Position numbers and translations under genes: made by a program
In this document: piece after piece, positions 42,841-51,899 of the stretch
How the letters are laid out: every line of letters begins with the position of its first letter
Numbering within the stretch: the stretch's first letter is position 1
The notes under the pieces: generated by a model
Database searches by the model: none
Told to the model about the DNA's origin: nothing
The model's input: the letters and a program-made list of their open reading frames with translations, nothing else
Virus record (IMG/VR): IMGVR_UViG_3300020598_000119
From: a virus
Lineage: Duplodnaviria; Caudoviricetes
Reading direction: 5' to 3' (one strand)
Length of the DNA: 64,000 nt

Positions 42841-43191
42841 CTAGAGGCTGTTTTCGATAGCAATATTGATGTTCCGCTCAGCTAAATATAAAGCCACTCG
42901 ACGAGCTACCGCCCAGATGTCATTAAGCGGCTCTTCAAAAAGAACATTTGTAATCTCTCGATCTGTTAAACCATCAATCGAACCGACTTTAAATGTTGTC
43001 GTAACGAGCCAAACACGAGTGTTGCCCGACAACTCTGGAGTTATCGCAATGTTCTCAGAAGGAATAAGAAGTGCCGACCCATTAATCTGGACGGCTTCAG
43101 CAGGCAAGCCGAGTACGGAACACGCAGCAGCCAGCGTTTTTTGAAACCCATTCATTGTTAAATTCTTCAAGGAAACCTCCCGAGAGCGCAT
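42841..43191 (-). CDS. hypothetical protein
   Basis: ORF; GGAGG precedes TTG at 43170, so the start is uncertain. Confidence 0.6.
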   Translation of the reverse strand: MRSREVSLKNLTMNGFQKTLAAACSVLGLPAEAVQINGSALLIPSENIAITPELSGNTRVWLVTTTFKVGSIDGLTDREITNVLFEEPLNDIWAVARRVALYLAERNINIAIENSL

Positions 43192-43313
43192 TATTAATTG
43201 CCTTCAGACTATATGATCTACGCTAGATTTGCGCCAAGCAAGAGACCGTATTCTCCTTGTGGGCCTCAGCCGATTGAATCACACTAAGTCATACTTTGAA
43301 ATGGAGAAGAAAT

Positions 43314-44246
43314 ATGCCGAGGCATCCTGAATACCAATATCTCGATCTGCTAGAAAACATTCTGGAGAATGGCGATTATCGCATGGATCGTACTGGCGTC
43401 GGCACGCGTTCTATATTCGGCGCAATGATGCGGTTTAATGTATCGGATGAAACTGTTCCGATCCTGACCACAAAGCGCGTTTATTGGAAAACGGCGGTCA
43501 AAGAAATGCTCTGGTTCCTTACTGGGCAAACCAATATCCAGCAGCTGCTCCAGCAGAACGTGAAAATTTGGTCAGATTGGCCGCTTGATAAGTACCGCAA
43601 GGCGACTGGAGAAGATATCTCCCAAGAGCAATTTGAAGAGCGCATTCTTGCCGACGATAGCTTCGCCGAAATGTGGGGCGACCTAGGCCCCGTGTATGGA
43701 AAACAGTGGCGCAAATGGAAAGGACCTGATGGCAAGGAATATGATCAGATCGCTACAATCATCGAAACACTGAAGACCAATCCTGCAAGCCGCAGAATAC
43801 TGTTTCATGGCTGGAACGTGGCCGAGCTAGATGGAATGACCCTCCCTCCATGCCATCTCCTGTATCAATTTCATGTAAGCAATAAAAAGATTGAAGATCC
43901 GAATGATGGAAAGCTTAAGTTTAGCATCTCTGCAATGCTGACAGCCAGAAGCCAAGATTTATACCTGGGAACACCGTTTAATCTGATAGGGGTTAGCGCA
44001 CTGCTACACATGATTGCCCAGCAAGCAGACATGATGCCTGGAGAAATAATCTGGTCTGGCGGCGACGTCCATCTTTACTCGAACCACGAAGACATGGCGC
44101 GAGAGTTGCTGACGCGCGAGCCTCGCCCGCTTCCCAAAATGAAATTGCTTCGTAAACCAGATTCCATCGACGGCTATCAGATCGAGGACTTCGAGGTAAC
44201 TGGTTACGATCCTCACCCCGCAATCGCAGCGCCTGTGGCGGTCTGA
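43314..44246 (+). CDS. thyA: thymidylate synthase
   Basis: DRTGVGT, LGPVYGKQWR, SRR, LPPCH, RSQD..LG.PFN and HLY.NH motifs. Confidence 0.96.
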   Translation: MPRHPEYQYLDLLENILENGDYRMDRTGVGTRSIFGAMMRFNVSDETVPILTTKRVYWKTAVKEMLWFLTGQTNIQQLLQQNVKIWSDWPLDKYRKATGEDISQEQFEERILADDSFAEMWGDLGPVYGKQWRKWKGPDGKEYDQIATIIETLKTNPASRRILFHGWNVAELDGMTLPPCHLLYQFHVSNKKIEDPNDGKLKFSISAMLTARSQDLYLGTPFNLIGVSALLHMIAQQADMMPGEIIWSGGDVHLYSNHEDMARELLTREPRPLPKMKLLRKPDSIDGYQIEDFEVTGYDPHPAIAAPVAV

Positions 44247-44247
44247 C

Positions 44248-44715
44248 ATGCACATAACATTGATCGCAGCAGCCGACGACAACTGGGGGATTGGCTTAAA
44301 TGGCCACCTCCCATGGCATCACAAGGAAGACCTCAAACACTTCCGAACGAGAACGATGGGGAAGGACCTTCTTGTCGGCCGAACCACCATGGAGACGTTG
44401 CCTCCGCTGACTGGTAGGAGAATTCACTCACTTTCGTCTCAAAACGGCGACTTCAGATCGCTTGAGGCAGCTATTTCCCATTTTAACAAGATACCCGTCG
44501 AGGAGTTTATTATCGCAGGCGGTGCCAAACTGTACGAATATTCCTTAGAATTCTGCAACTCGGCGGAAATAAGCAGGATTAATGGGATTTACGTTTGCGA
44601 TACGTTCATGCCAGACTTGCGTTCTAAGATTGGCTGGAAACTAGTCAAAATCGAAGAAAAAAACCCTAATCTAAAAATTGAATACTGGGAAAACGAATGC
44701 ATAAAATCGAAATAG
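44248..44715 (+). CDS. folA: dihydrofolate reductase
   Basis: IG.NG.LPWH..EDL..FR..T, GR.T, GGA.LY and DTF.P motifs. Confidence 0.92.
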   Translation: MHITLIAAADDNWGIGLNGHLPWHHKEDLKHFRTRTMGKDLLVGRTTMETLPPLTGRRIHSLSSQNGDFRSLEAAISHFNKIPVEEFIIAGGAKLYEYSLEFCNSAEISRINGIYVCDTFMPDLRSKIGWKLVKIEEKNPNLKIEYWENECIKSK

Positions 44716-45158
44716 AAATCAAAAATCCGTTGTTGAAGGAGCTTGACGCGTTGCCAAAGAGGGCAACTGATGGCGCTGCAGGATACGACATCCGATTTTG
44801 CGGTTCGAAGCCACTTGAACTGCGAACAGGTGATCGAGTGAAAATCCCACTTGGTTTCGCCATCCATATTGGCAATCCCAATATTGCAGCAGTTCTAATG
44901 CCACGTTCTGGTCTAGGTTCCAAGGGGCTGAGCCTTGCCAACACCATTGGCCTGATCGATTCCGATTACCAAGGTGAAATTGCGGCCGTTCTCGAATGGC
45001 ATCCTGTCGATGGAGAACCACTCATCGTCCAGCCAGGTGACCGTATCATTCAGATGGTGTTCCTCCCAATCGTTGGAACGGAACTTGCGGAAGTCGAAAA
45101 ATTTTCATCCTCCACCGAACGCGGCGAAGGCGGCTACGGCTCTACTGGAGTGAAGTAA
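44697..45158 (+). CDS. dut: dUTPase
   Basis: AGYD, PRSGLG, GLIDSDYQGE, GDRI.Q and RGEGGYGSTG motifs. Confidence 0.96.
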   Translation: MHKIEIEIKNPLLKELDALPKRATDGAAGYDIRFCGSKPLELRTGDRVKIPLGFAIHIGNPNIAAVLMPRSGLGSKGLSLANTIGLIDSDYQGEIAAVLEWHPVDGEPLIVQPGDRIIQMVFLPIVGTELAEVEKFSSSTERGEGGYGSTGVK

Positions 45159-45920
45159 TCAAGAAGTGAAATTAGCCGCGACGTCGAATTCAGAAAGCGT
45201 CGCGGCCATTTTTTGTAGGGCCGCAATCTCAATCTGCCTGACTCGCTCTCGCGTAACGCCCAAATCGGTAGATATATCTTCCAGAGTGCGCGGAGGCTCG
45301 GTTAGTTTTCTCTCGAAAATAACCTTCTGCTCTCTCGGCGTCAGGCCCGACATGGCGCGAGCAATTAGACGCTTATATTCTTCTTGAAGCGTCGAGTCGA
45401 CCATCAGGTCTTCAGGATTCGGGCGCTTATCAGCTATCTTTTCCGAATAAGTCTGTCCGGTTTCATCTACCGTCGCCTCAAGGGCTACCAGATTATTCGT
45501 CGCATTGAATGCAGCGTGAGCCTTTTCTCCTTCCAGTTTACCCATCCTGGATTCAAGGAAAGCGCGCGATGGTACATAAACTACGTTCATAGTTCTTGAT
45601 GCGGCATCCGCAACAAAATTCTCTATCCAATAAAAGCAGTATGTTGAGAACTTCACATTGTAACTGAAATCGAATTTGTCCAGAGCGCGGCAGATACCCA
45701 AGCTGCCTTCCTGCGCAAGGTCTCGCATATGCGTTTCATTTTTCGTGTAACGCGCGGCAAATGAGTAGCAAGAGCGCATATACGCCCGAACTATGCGCTC
45801 CTTGGAGCGCTCGTTTTGGTGTTGTTGCCAGTCCTTGATGAGCCTTGTTTCTTCATCGGGTTTCAACATAGGCTCCGCCAAGGCAGAATCCCGTGAATGT
45901 ACCAAAATCACTTCCTTCAA
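45159..45920 (-). CDS. sigma70-family RNA polymerase sigma factor (RpoH-like)
   Basis: Region 2 DLAQEG.LG..RALDKFD....KFSTY..YWI; region 4.2 TLEDI..DLGVTRERVRQIE. Confidence 0.9.
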   Translation of the reverse strand: MKEVILVHSRDSALAEPMLKPDEETRLIKDWQQHQNERSKERIVRAYMRSCYSFAARYTKNETHMRDLAQEGSLGICRALDKFDFSYNVKFSTYCFYWIENFVADAASRTMNVVYVPSRAFLESRMGKLEGEKAHAAFNATNNLVALEATVDETGQTYSEKIADKRPNPEDLMVDSTLQEEYKRLIARAMSGLTPREQKVIFERKLTEPPRTLEDISTDLGVTRERVRQIEIAALQKMAATLSEFDVAANFTS

Positions 45921-46021
45921 TATATTCCACCCACCATAGTGGATCGTGTCGGCTAGTTAAAAGTCAATGATTTTATTTGTTGTTGGCAATTATAAATACG
46001 TTGGCGCGATGAATTTCACCA

Positions 46022-48298
46022 TTAATCATCGTCGTAATCGTAGGTTTCATGGGTGTAATTCTGCTCGTCTTCTACGTGTTGCTCAGAATTTTCCTCAGGA
46101 ACGATTGGCTCAAGCTGCCTGACTTCATCGGCCGTCATAACCTCAAGAACGTCGCCATTCTCATCAATAGCTCCCGTTTTTCGGTTCACTCGGACGGTTC
46201 CAGCTTCTGCCGGGATTGAGAATTCATCAAATGAAACAGCCCCATCAATAGCATCAGCAACACTTCGTACTAGTGGCGCTGCACTCGAACCACCAGCTGC
46301 GCCATTATAGAGGGGACCGTGGTCATCCCTTCCAATCCATCCAACGATAACCACCTCAGGGCCGTATGCCGCAAACCATGCGTCCCGTGACTTGTTCGTA
46401 GTGCCTGTCTTGCCTGCCAATGGTTTCTTGAAGCCAGAGAAGGCCTTCTGCGCGGTACCAGCCTTGATCACGCCCTCAAGGATAGATGTCATCTTGGCGA
46501 CATCCATAGGCTCAAATGCACGCTGTCTAACGACATCCTTGCTGAGTAGAAGCTTGGCGTCCACTCGATATCCGCCATTTGCGAAAGAGGAGTAGGCGCT
46601 GGCAACTTCAAGCGGTGTCGCCTCGGCAGCACCTAGAGCCATCGCATACGAAGCATTCGCAGGCATCGTGAAACCAGCTCGGGTGGCCACATCGACTACG
46701 CGATCCATACCGAGATCGTAGAGGAGACGAACAGTCGAGAGATTGCGAGACAACTCCAGCGAGCGACGGAACGTGATCATACCCATGCCACCGGACGAAC
46801 CGCCACTCGGCCGCCAGTCTTTCATCCCAGCACCTTGATCGATTGCTATCGGGCTATCGAGTACTGGAGAGACAGCGTTATAGCCTGCTTCGATGGCCGC
46901 CATATAAACAAACGGCTTGAACACCGACCCAGTCTGGCGCTTTGCCTGTGTCGCCCTATCGAATTCGCTCGTTTCGCCGCTGAACCCGCCAGCAAGGCCA
47001 AGCACCGATCCATCACGAGGGTCCATAACGACCACAGCCCCTTGAAGCTCAGGCAACTGGACAAGCTCCAACCCCTTGCCGAGATCAGCAAGCAAGACCA
47101 CGTCGCCTTGTCTGAGAACAGCATTCGCGCGCTTCTTGGATGTTGCCCACGACAGGCTCGCACCTTTGATGGTCACCTCGCCGTTTTCCGTGGCTAATGT
47201 CGCGTCACGATCAGACTTCAATACGACAGATACGATCCAGTCCTCAGCTCCTTCAGGCTTTGCCAACTGAGGGGAAGACCAATCAATCACACCAGCATAT
47301 CCTCGCTTCAGAGGTCCACGCCAACCAGATTTGCGATCCTCAAGGACAAGGTGGCGTCGCAATTCAGCATGTGCGGCCCTCTGAACTCGCGAATTGATAG
47401 TCGAAACGACCTGCCCGCCACCTTCATAAAGTTGCTTTGCGCCACGTTCTTGCAACAACTGTCGTCGAACAGCTTCCTGTGCGTACCACATCGCTGGATC
47501 GTTCTCGGCAAGAGTAGCATCAGATTTATGGGCCGTAATCGGTGCGGAAGACGCTATCTGCTGTTCCTGAGCCGAAATGAATCCGTTCTCCTGCATCCTG
47601 CGAAGCACGTAGTTCCGGCGCTCAAGGGCACGACCAGGATTGATAAATGGATTGGCTGCACTTGGTGCTTTAGGAAGGCCTGCCAACATAGCGGCTTCCT
47701 CAATGGTCAACTCGGATAGCTCCTTTCCAAAATAGGTTTGAGCGGCCACAGCCACTCCATAGGCTCCAGCGCCGAAATAAATTTGATTGAGATAAATCTC
47801 TAAAACACGATCCTTACCGACATCGCGATCAACCTTAAGGGCGAGGATGCCTTCCTTGATTTTACGGTCAAATGTACGCTCCGATGTCAAAAGGACATTC
47901 TTGACCACTTGCTGAGTGATGGTCGAGCCGCCTTCAAGTCGAGAGTCAGGACCTGATTTCAAATTCGACAGAGTCGCGCGGGCTATTGCACTGGCATCGA
48001 CACCGTGATGCTTCCAGTAGTTGCCGTCCTCTGCCGCTATGAAAGCCGAGACAACCACATTCGGGATAGCCTTCAATGGAACGAATTTGCGATGTTCTTT
48101 GGCATGAATCCCGAGCGTCACTCCATCGCTCGATACGATGGTCGTCCCCTCAGACGGAGACCATGAAATGAGTTGTTTATGGTCTGGAAGTGTCTGCTCC
48201 ACCTGCTTGATGTAGGCTATAGAGGTTGAGCCAACCAATACAGCTCCAGTCAAGCCAAGGACAGAAATCCCTGACATGAATGTCTTTGCCAAACTCAT
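46022..48298 (-). CDS. class A penicillin-binding protein (PBP1A family)
   Basis: GT motifs AED..Y..H.G, GGSTITQQ, RKIKE, YLN.IYFG; TP motifs SVFK, SRN, KTGT. Confidence 0.93.
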   Translation of the reverse strand: MSLAKTFMSGISVLGLTGAVLVGSTSIAYIKQVEQTLPDHKQLISWSPSEGTTIVSSDGVTLGIHAKEHRKFVPLKAIPNVVVSAFIAAEDGNYWKHHGVDASAIARATLSNLKSGPDSRLEGGSTITQQVVKNVLLTSERTFDRKIKEGILALKVDRDVGKDRVLEIYLNQIYFGAGAYGVAVAAQTYFGKELSELTIEEAAMLAGLPKAPSAANPFINPGRALERRNYVLRRMQENGFISAQEQQIASSAPITAHKSDATLAENDPAMWYAQEAVRRQLLQERGAKQLYEGGGQVVSTINSRVQRAAHAELRRHLVLEDRKSGWRGPLKRGYAGVIDWSSPQLAKPEGAEDWIVSVVLKSDRDATLATENGEVTIKGASLSWATSKKRANAVLRQGDVVLLADLGKGLELVQLPELQGAVVVMDPRDGSVLGLAGGFSGETSEFDRATQAKRQTGSVFKPFVYMAAIEAGYNAVSPVLDSPIAIDQGAGMKDWRPSGGSSGGMGMITFRRSLELSRNLSTVRLLYDLGMDRVVDVATRAGFTMPANASYAMALGAAEATPLEVASAYSSFANGGYRVDAKLLLSKDVVRQRAFEPMDVAKMTSILEGVIKAGTAQKAFSGFKKPLAGKTGTTNKSRDAWFAAYGPEVVIVGWIGRDDHGPLYNGAAGGSSAAPLVRSVADAIDGAVSFDEFSIPAEAGTVRVNRKTGAIDENGDVLEVMTADEVRQLEPIVPEENSEQHVEDEQNYTHETYDYDDD

Positions 48299-48873
48299 TT
48301 CTGTCTAGCCTTCTTGTTGACGCTGAACATAGGAGGAAGGTTGGTGGCCAATGCAAACAGATAGCTCTTTGTAGGCTGCTTACCAGGCAACAGAGGAACA
48401 GGAGAGTCCTGGTAGATTTTTCCATACTCAAGAAGCGCTTTTACGGCGTCCTGCGCCACATGCCTTGACTTAGCCAAAAGCCCCCAGGCTTGACGTGCTA
48501 CGTTCGCATAATCCCGAGAAAGGCTGGCTCCTACAGTCACCATGACAACCTGGGTGGCAACCATTTCCCACTTGCAGGCCATCACATAGATGTCTTTCAT
48601 ATTGCTACCGTCAGTATTATCGAAGGCCCCTTCAAGGCGCGTATATTGATCATGTAATGCATCCAGCACCGTAGTGATTGTGTCAGGCTGAATTTTCATT
48701 GGCTGATGAGAAATCTCACGCCCCCAATGCGAGGCAGCTTTAAGAAGCAAGGCATTCGAAACAGCAAGCGCCGAGCAGCGTTCGACAGCGGACACTGAGC
48801 CGATAAAGGCTATTAACTCAGGGGCGATTACAGCAAGCGCGTCCTGCCCTTTGCTCGTCCGCAATTTGGCCAA
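48295..48873 (-). CDS. hypothetical protein (192 aa)
   Basis: AGGAG RBS before TTG; overlaps the PBP start. Confidence 0.7.
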   Translation of the reverse strand: MAKLRTSKGQDALAVIAPELIAFIGSVSAVERCSALAVSNALLLKAASHWGREISHQPMKIQPDTITTVLDALHDQYTRLEGAFDNTDGSNMKDIYVMACKWEMVATQVVMVTVGASLSRDYANVARQAWGLLAKSRHVAQDAVKALLEYGKIYQDSPVPLLPGKQPTKSYLFALATNLPPMFSVNKKARQK

Positions 48874-49000
48874 AGTCGAATTCTCCTGAAACTGTAATTC
48901 TATGATGGTTCAGCAATAGCGACTTCGCAACGAATTTTGCTTTGAAATTAATCTTTCTCAATTATTTAGGAAGGAGATTCTTAGTCGGTCACCACGTCGC

Positions 49001-49029
49001 TTGTTCGTATCTACGAAATCGGTTATAGC
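49001..49029 (+). promoter_or_regulatory. putative promoter of the second leader
   Basis: TTGTTC-N17-TATAGC; overlapped by the palindrome TTCGTA-TC-TACGAA. Confidence 0.4.
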
Positions 49030-49056
49030 TATTGAGATAAACGTTAGGAACTCAAG

Positions 49057-49110
49057 ATGTCCGTCACTTTCACAGCACTCAAACGAAAACTTTGGCACTG
49101 CGCGTCATAG
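49057..49110 (+). CDS. putative leader peptide MSVTFTALKRKLWHCAS
   Basis: AGGAA RBS; AAA CGA AAA codons; followed by a terminator and then two tRNA-Lys genes. Confidence 0.5.
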   Translation: MSVTFTALKRKLWHCAS

Positions 49111-49138
49111 CGGCAGGATATCCGTTCTCTTTGACCAG

Positions 49139-49164
49139 AGCCGCGATGTCCTCGCGGCTTTTTT
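49139..49164 (+). terminator. intrinsic terminator (possible attenuator)
   Basis: AGCCGCGA-TGTCC-TCGCGGCT plus TTTTT; no long + strand gene lies upstream to explain it. Confidence 0.8.
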
Positions 49165-49286
49165 AATGCGCAGTGCGAAACCATCCCTCGAATTCGATGG
49201 CTTTCGATGCGCTATTTTAGCGCCACGGAACTCCTTTGATTATTGCCTAACTGATTGAAATTTATATCTTTTTTCTATTTTTGTTG

Positions 49287-49315
49287 TTGACTTGGTTTTT
49301 TGGGTATGCCATATA
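49287..49315 (+). promoter_or_regulatory. putative promoter directly before tRNA-Lys
   Basis: TTGACT-N17-CATATA, similar to the rhizobial sigma70 consensus, preceded by a T-rich tract. Confidence 0.65.
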
Positions 49316-49328
49316 TAGATCATCAAAT

Positions 49329-49407
49329 GGACGCGTAGCTGAGTAGGTTTTAGCGGGGGACTTTTAATCCCCGTCTTACGTGGGTTCGAATCCCACCGCG
49401 TTCACCA
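49329..49407 (+). tRNA. tRNA-Lys (TTT), atypical body
   Basis: GGACGCG/CGCGTTC acceptor stem, GGGGA-CTTTTAA-TCCCC, 7-nt variable region, GGTTCGAATCC, CCA. Confidence 0.9.
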
Positions 49408-49411
49408 CTAC

Positions 49412-49488
49412 GGACGTATAGCTCAGTTGGTTAGAGCGGCGGTCTCTTAAACCGCAGGTCCTCGGTTCGAACCCGAGTGCGTCTTCCA
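49412..49488 (+). tRNA. tRNA-Lys (CTT), atypical body
   Basis: GGACGTA/TGCGTCT acceptor stem, GCGGT-CTCTTAA-ACCGC, GGTTCGAACCC, U73, CCA. Confidence 0.9.
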
Positions 49489-49559
49489 TTTTCCCGCCGA
49501 TTAGATTCCTGCAAATGCGTGTGAAATAATCAAAGAGAAGAATTTCTCGGAGAAAAACT

Positions 49560-50795
49560 ATGGTTGTTATTGGCGCAAACGCTGTAAACAATACGTTGTT
49601 GATGACTGCGGCCAAACCTGCCATGCAGGCAATGCGAAATGCAGCACAATCTCAAAGAGGCGAGCAAGCTCGTGAAATTGCTGCTGAGGCCAGCAAAGGC
49701 AAACTAATGTCCGGTCTTCCGATTTTCGTGACGCTCGATGAAATTGTGGGGCCTGACGAAATCAAAGGTCATCTGGTTGTTGATACCTTTGGCGTAAAAG
49801 CAGGACAGCGCATAACCCTCAAACAGGCAGACGGACATACGTCCGAGCGCAACTCACTAAAGACTGCAATTGCTGGCAACGACTGGGTCGCTCCGCTGGT
49901 CAAAGGTGACATCATTGGCTTCGAACGCGGATACGTTGAAAACAATAAAGTCATGGTGGGTGCGGTAGCAGCTCGTGTTCACGACAAGCTTTTGGGCGAA
50001 GTGCAGGTCATGACCGCAATGACTCGACCAACCAAAGCCGTCGTAAACAAGAAAGGCGCTTTGCAGTCTGGGATAATAGCTGACGGCGCAAAAGCGATGG
50101 TCGTGAATTCAGTCGAAGGCCTTCGCGCCGCTTTTGATCGGATCAGAAGTGAGCGCTGGCCTGGAGGCAACCCAGGCTTCATCATCCGTGATAACGATGG
50201 ACAGACCGACACCTTCTTTCAGACCTCAGAGAAGACAATCGATCACCTGATCGAGGATTTGATTCACGCAGACGTTGCCCCTGCTGCCGATTATTTACTC
50301 GAACTGATCCCAGCTTGGTCCCTTCCGATGGGCAAAGAACAGATCGTCAAGGACGTAAACCCTAAGAATGAAACAGGCAAGGCCGTCGTTGGAAAATTCA
50401 GCTCCCAGTACATGACAGGAAATGAACTCGGCTTTCTACCATCACTGGTGATTGTATCAATGGAAGAGGAGTGGGCATTTGGAGGCAAAACCGGAAAAAT
50501 AATTCCAGTTATCTCTTCAATGGCACCTGTCTTCAAACGTGAAGCGGTTAGTGCAGGGCGTCTTCCAACAAGCAAACGTGCGTATGGTGGAACTCCGAAC
50601 ACAATCCTGAAGCTCTATGACGACGAAGCCCTGAAGCGTATGAACTTCGAACGCATCAATCGTCGTGGCTATGAAAATCCGGAACCTTCCAGGTCCTCAT
50701 CGTCAGGTCGGAAGTACGACACGCCTTCAGGTGGTCAGAATGACGATGACGAATATGGCCGTCCATCTCCAAGAATGTCTTTCGGCCGGAGATAA
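49560..50795 (+). CDS. hypothetical protein (411 aa)
   Basis: GGAGA RBS, long clean ORF. Confidence 0.8.
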   Translation: MVVIGANAVNNTLLMTAAKPAMQAMRNAAQSQRGEQAREIAAEASKGKLMSGLPIFVTLDEIVGPDEIKGHLVVDTFGVKAGQRITLKQADGHTSERNSLKTAIAGNDWVAPLVKGDIIGFERGYVENNKVMVGAVAARVHDKLLGEVQVMTAMTRPTKAVVNKKGALQSGIIADGAKAMVVNSVEGLRAAFDRIRSERWPGGNPGFIIRDNDGQTDTFFQTSEKTIDHLIEDLIHADVAPAADYLLELIPAWSLPMGKEQIVKDVNPKNETGKAVVGKFSSQYMTGNELGFLPSLVIVSMEEEWAFGGKTGKIIPVISSMAPVFKREAVSAGRLPTSKRAYGGTPNTILKLYDDEALKRMNFERINRRGYENPEPSRSSSSGRKYDTPSGGQNDDDEYGRPSPRMSFGRR

Positions 50796-51256
50796 TGATG
50801 GAATTGAGCGACACGTCGGAAACCGAGATCGATGATTATACGACTGGCTACTGCCATGTGCTCGCTATTGCCATTCATGAGCTAACAGGCTGGGAAATGC
50901 TCGTCATCCTCGACGATGGCGAGCCGCACTGGATAGACCCCGATGACGATGCCAACTACATCGCGTCTGCATGCCACGTATTTTGCGTAGATGACGAGGG
51001 AATGGCTTGGGACATTCGAGGTCGTCGTCCATTGGCCGAAGTCAAGGATGAAATGGAGAATTGGCTTCACATCCAATCCTACTCAGAGGACACATTGAAG
51101 TCCGCTGCAGAACTGATCGAAATCTATGTGGATGATGAGTGTGATTTAGAAGTCGACCGACCGCTTGCGTCTTACTCAGCTTCCAAGCTGGAGGATGCGA
51201 AAGTCATCGCACAAAGGTTGCTCGATCAGTTCAACACAGCACCAGCATTGAAGTGA
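50795..51256 (+). CDS. hypothetical protein with papain/transglutaminase-like Cys-His-Asp pattern
   Basis: GYCHVLA.A...CHVFC...AWDIRG. Confidence 0.7.
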   Translation: MMELSDTSETEIDDYTTGYCHVLAIAIHELTGWEMLVILDDGEPHWIDPDDDANYIASACHVFCVDDEGMAWDIRGRRPLAEVKDEMENWLHIQSYSEDTLKSAAELIEIYVDDECDLEVDRPLASYSASKLEDAKVIAQRLLDQFNTAPALK

Positions 51257-51280
51257 AAGGGCGCTTGAAGCGCCCTTTTT
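51256..51280. terminator. bidirectional terminator
   Basis: AAAGGGCGC-TTGAA-GCGCCCTTTTT. Confidence 0.8.
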
Positions 51281-51284
51281 GATG

Positions 51285-51845
51285 TCACATCTTCAGCGTG
51301 GAAACCGCTTCAGGTTCAGGCTCGTTAGCCGCGACCGAAATTGGTTCCAACTGTAGCTTCAGGTAATCGCCACCGTCGTTGACATAGCGGCCGAAACTAG
51401 CTTCGTCGGCATAAAGTCCCTTGCCTACCCTATGCGCATAATCATCATCGTAGTGGGCAAGGTGTTGAGGGTTCTTTTCAGCATTTTCGTGAGTGAATTC
51501 CTTAAGCTGTGCCTTAGAAATATGAAGGGACACAGGGGGTTCTCTGCCAACGAAGCAGGCAGCCTCATTCGTTTTGCTACCACTTGCCTGCCCGTTTACC
51601 AGCCAAGTCAAATCATGTGCATGAGTGGCATAAAGAACTGATCGAGCGGTAATCACACCGTATTCACGACCTTCGAATGGTACGGCAATGACCTTCTCGC
51701 CACGGCCGCCTTTGATGCGACCTTTGAAACTAAAATGACGATCCTCCAAACGGATCGGAGCGTCGGAAATGGTAATACCAAGACCGTGATCCTCAGAGAG
51801 TTTTTCGACATATGCGCGCAGTTGCGATTGAGTGAATTTTGTCAT
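51285..51845 (-). CDS. hypothetical protein
   Basis: Clean ORF downstream of mutL. Confidence 0.7.
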   Translation of the reverse strand: MTKFTQSQLRAYVEKLSEDHGLGITISDAPIRLEDRHFSFKGRIKGGRGEKVIAVPFEGREYGVITARSVLYATHAHDLTWLVNGQASGSKTNEAACFVGREPPVSLHISKAQLKEFTHENAEKNPQHLAHYDDDYAHRVGKGLYADEASFGRYVNDGGDYLKLQLEPISVAANEPEPEAVSTLKM

Positions 51846-51899
51846 TTGAATATTCCAAGTTTTCAATCAGATTGAGCGCTGAAGTCGCAACCAACAAGC

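Noticed and set aside
43314-44246. dCMP hydroxymethylase / modified-base pathway
   Set aside because: It retains the PFN asparagine that specifies dUMP and sits with folA and dut, so it is an ordinary ThyA.
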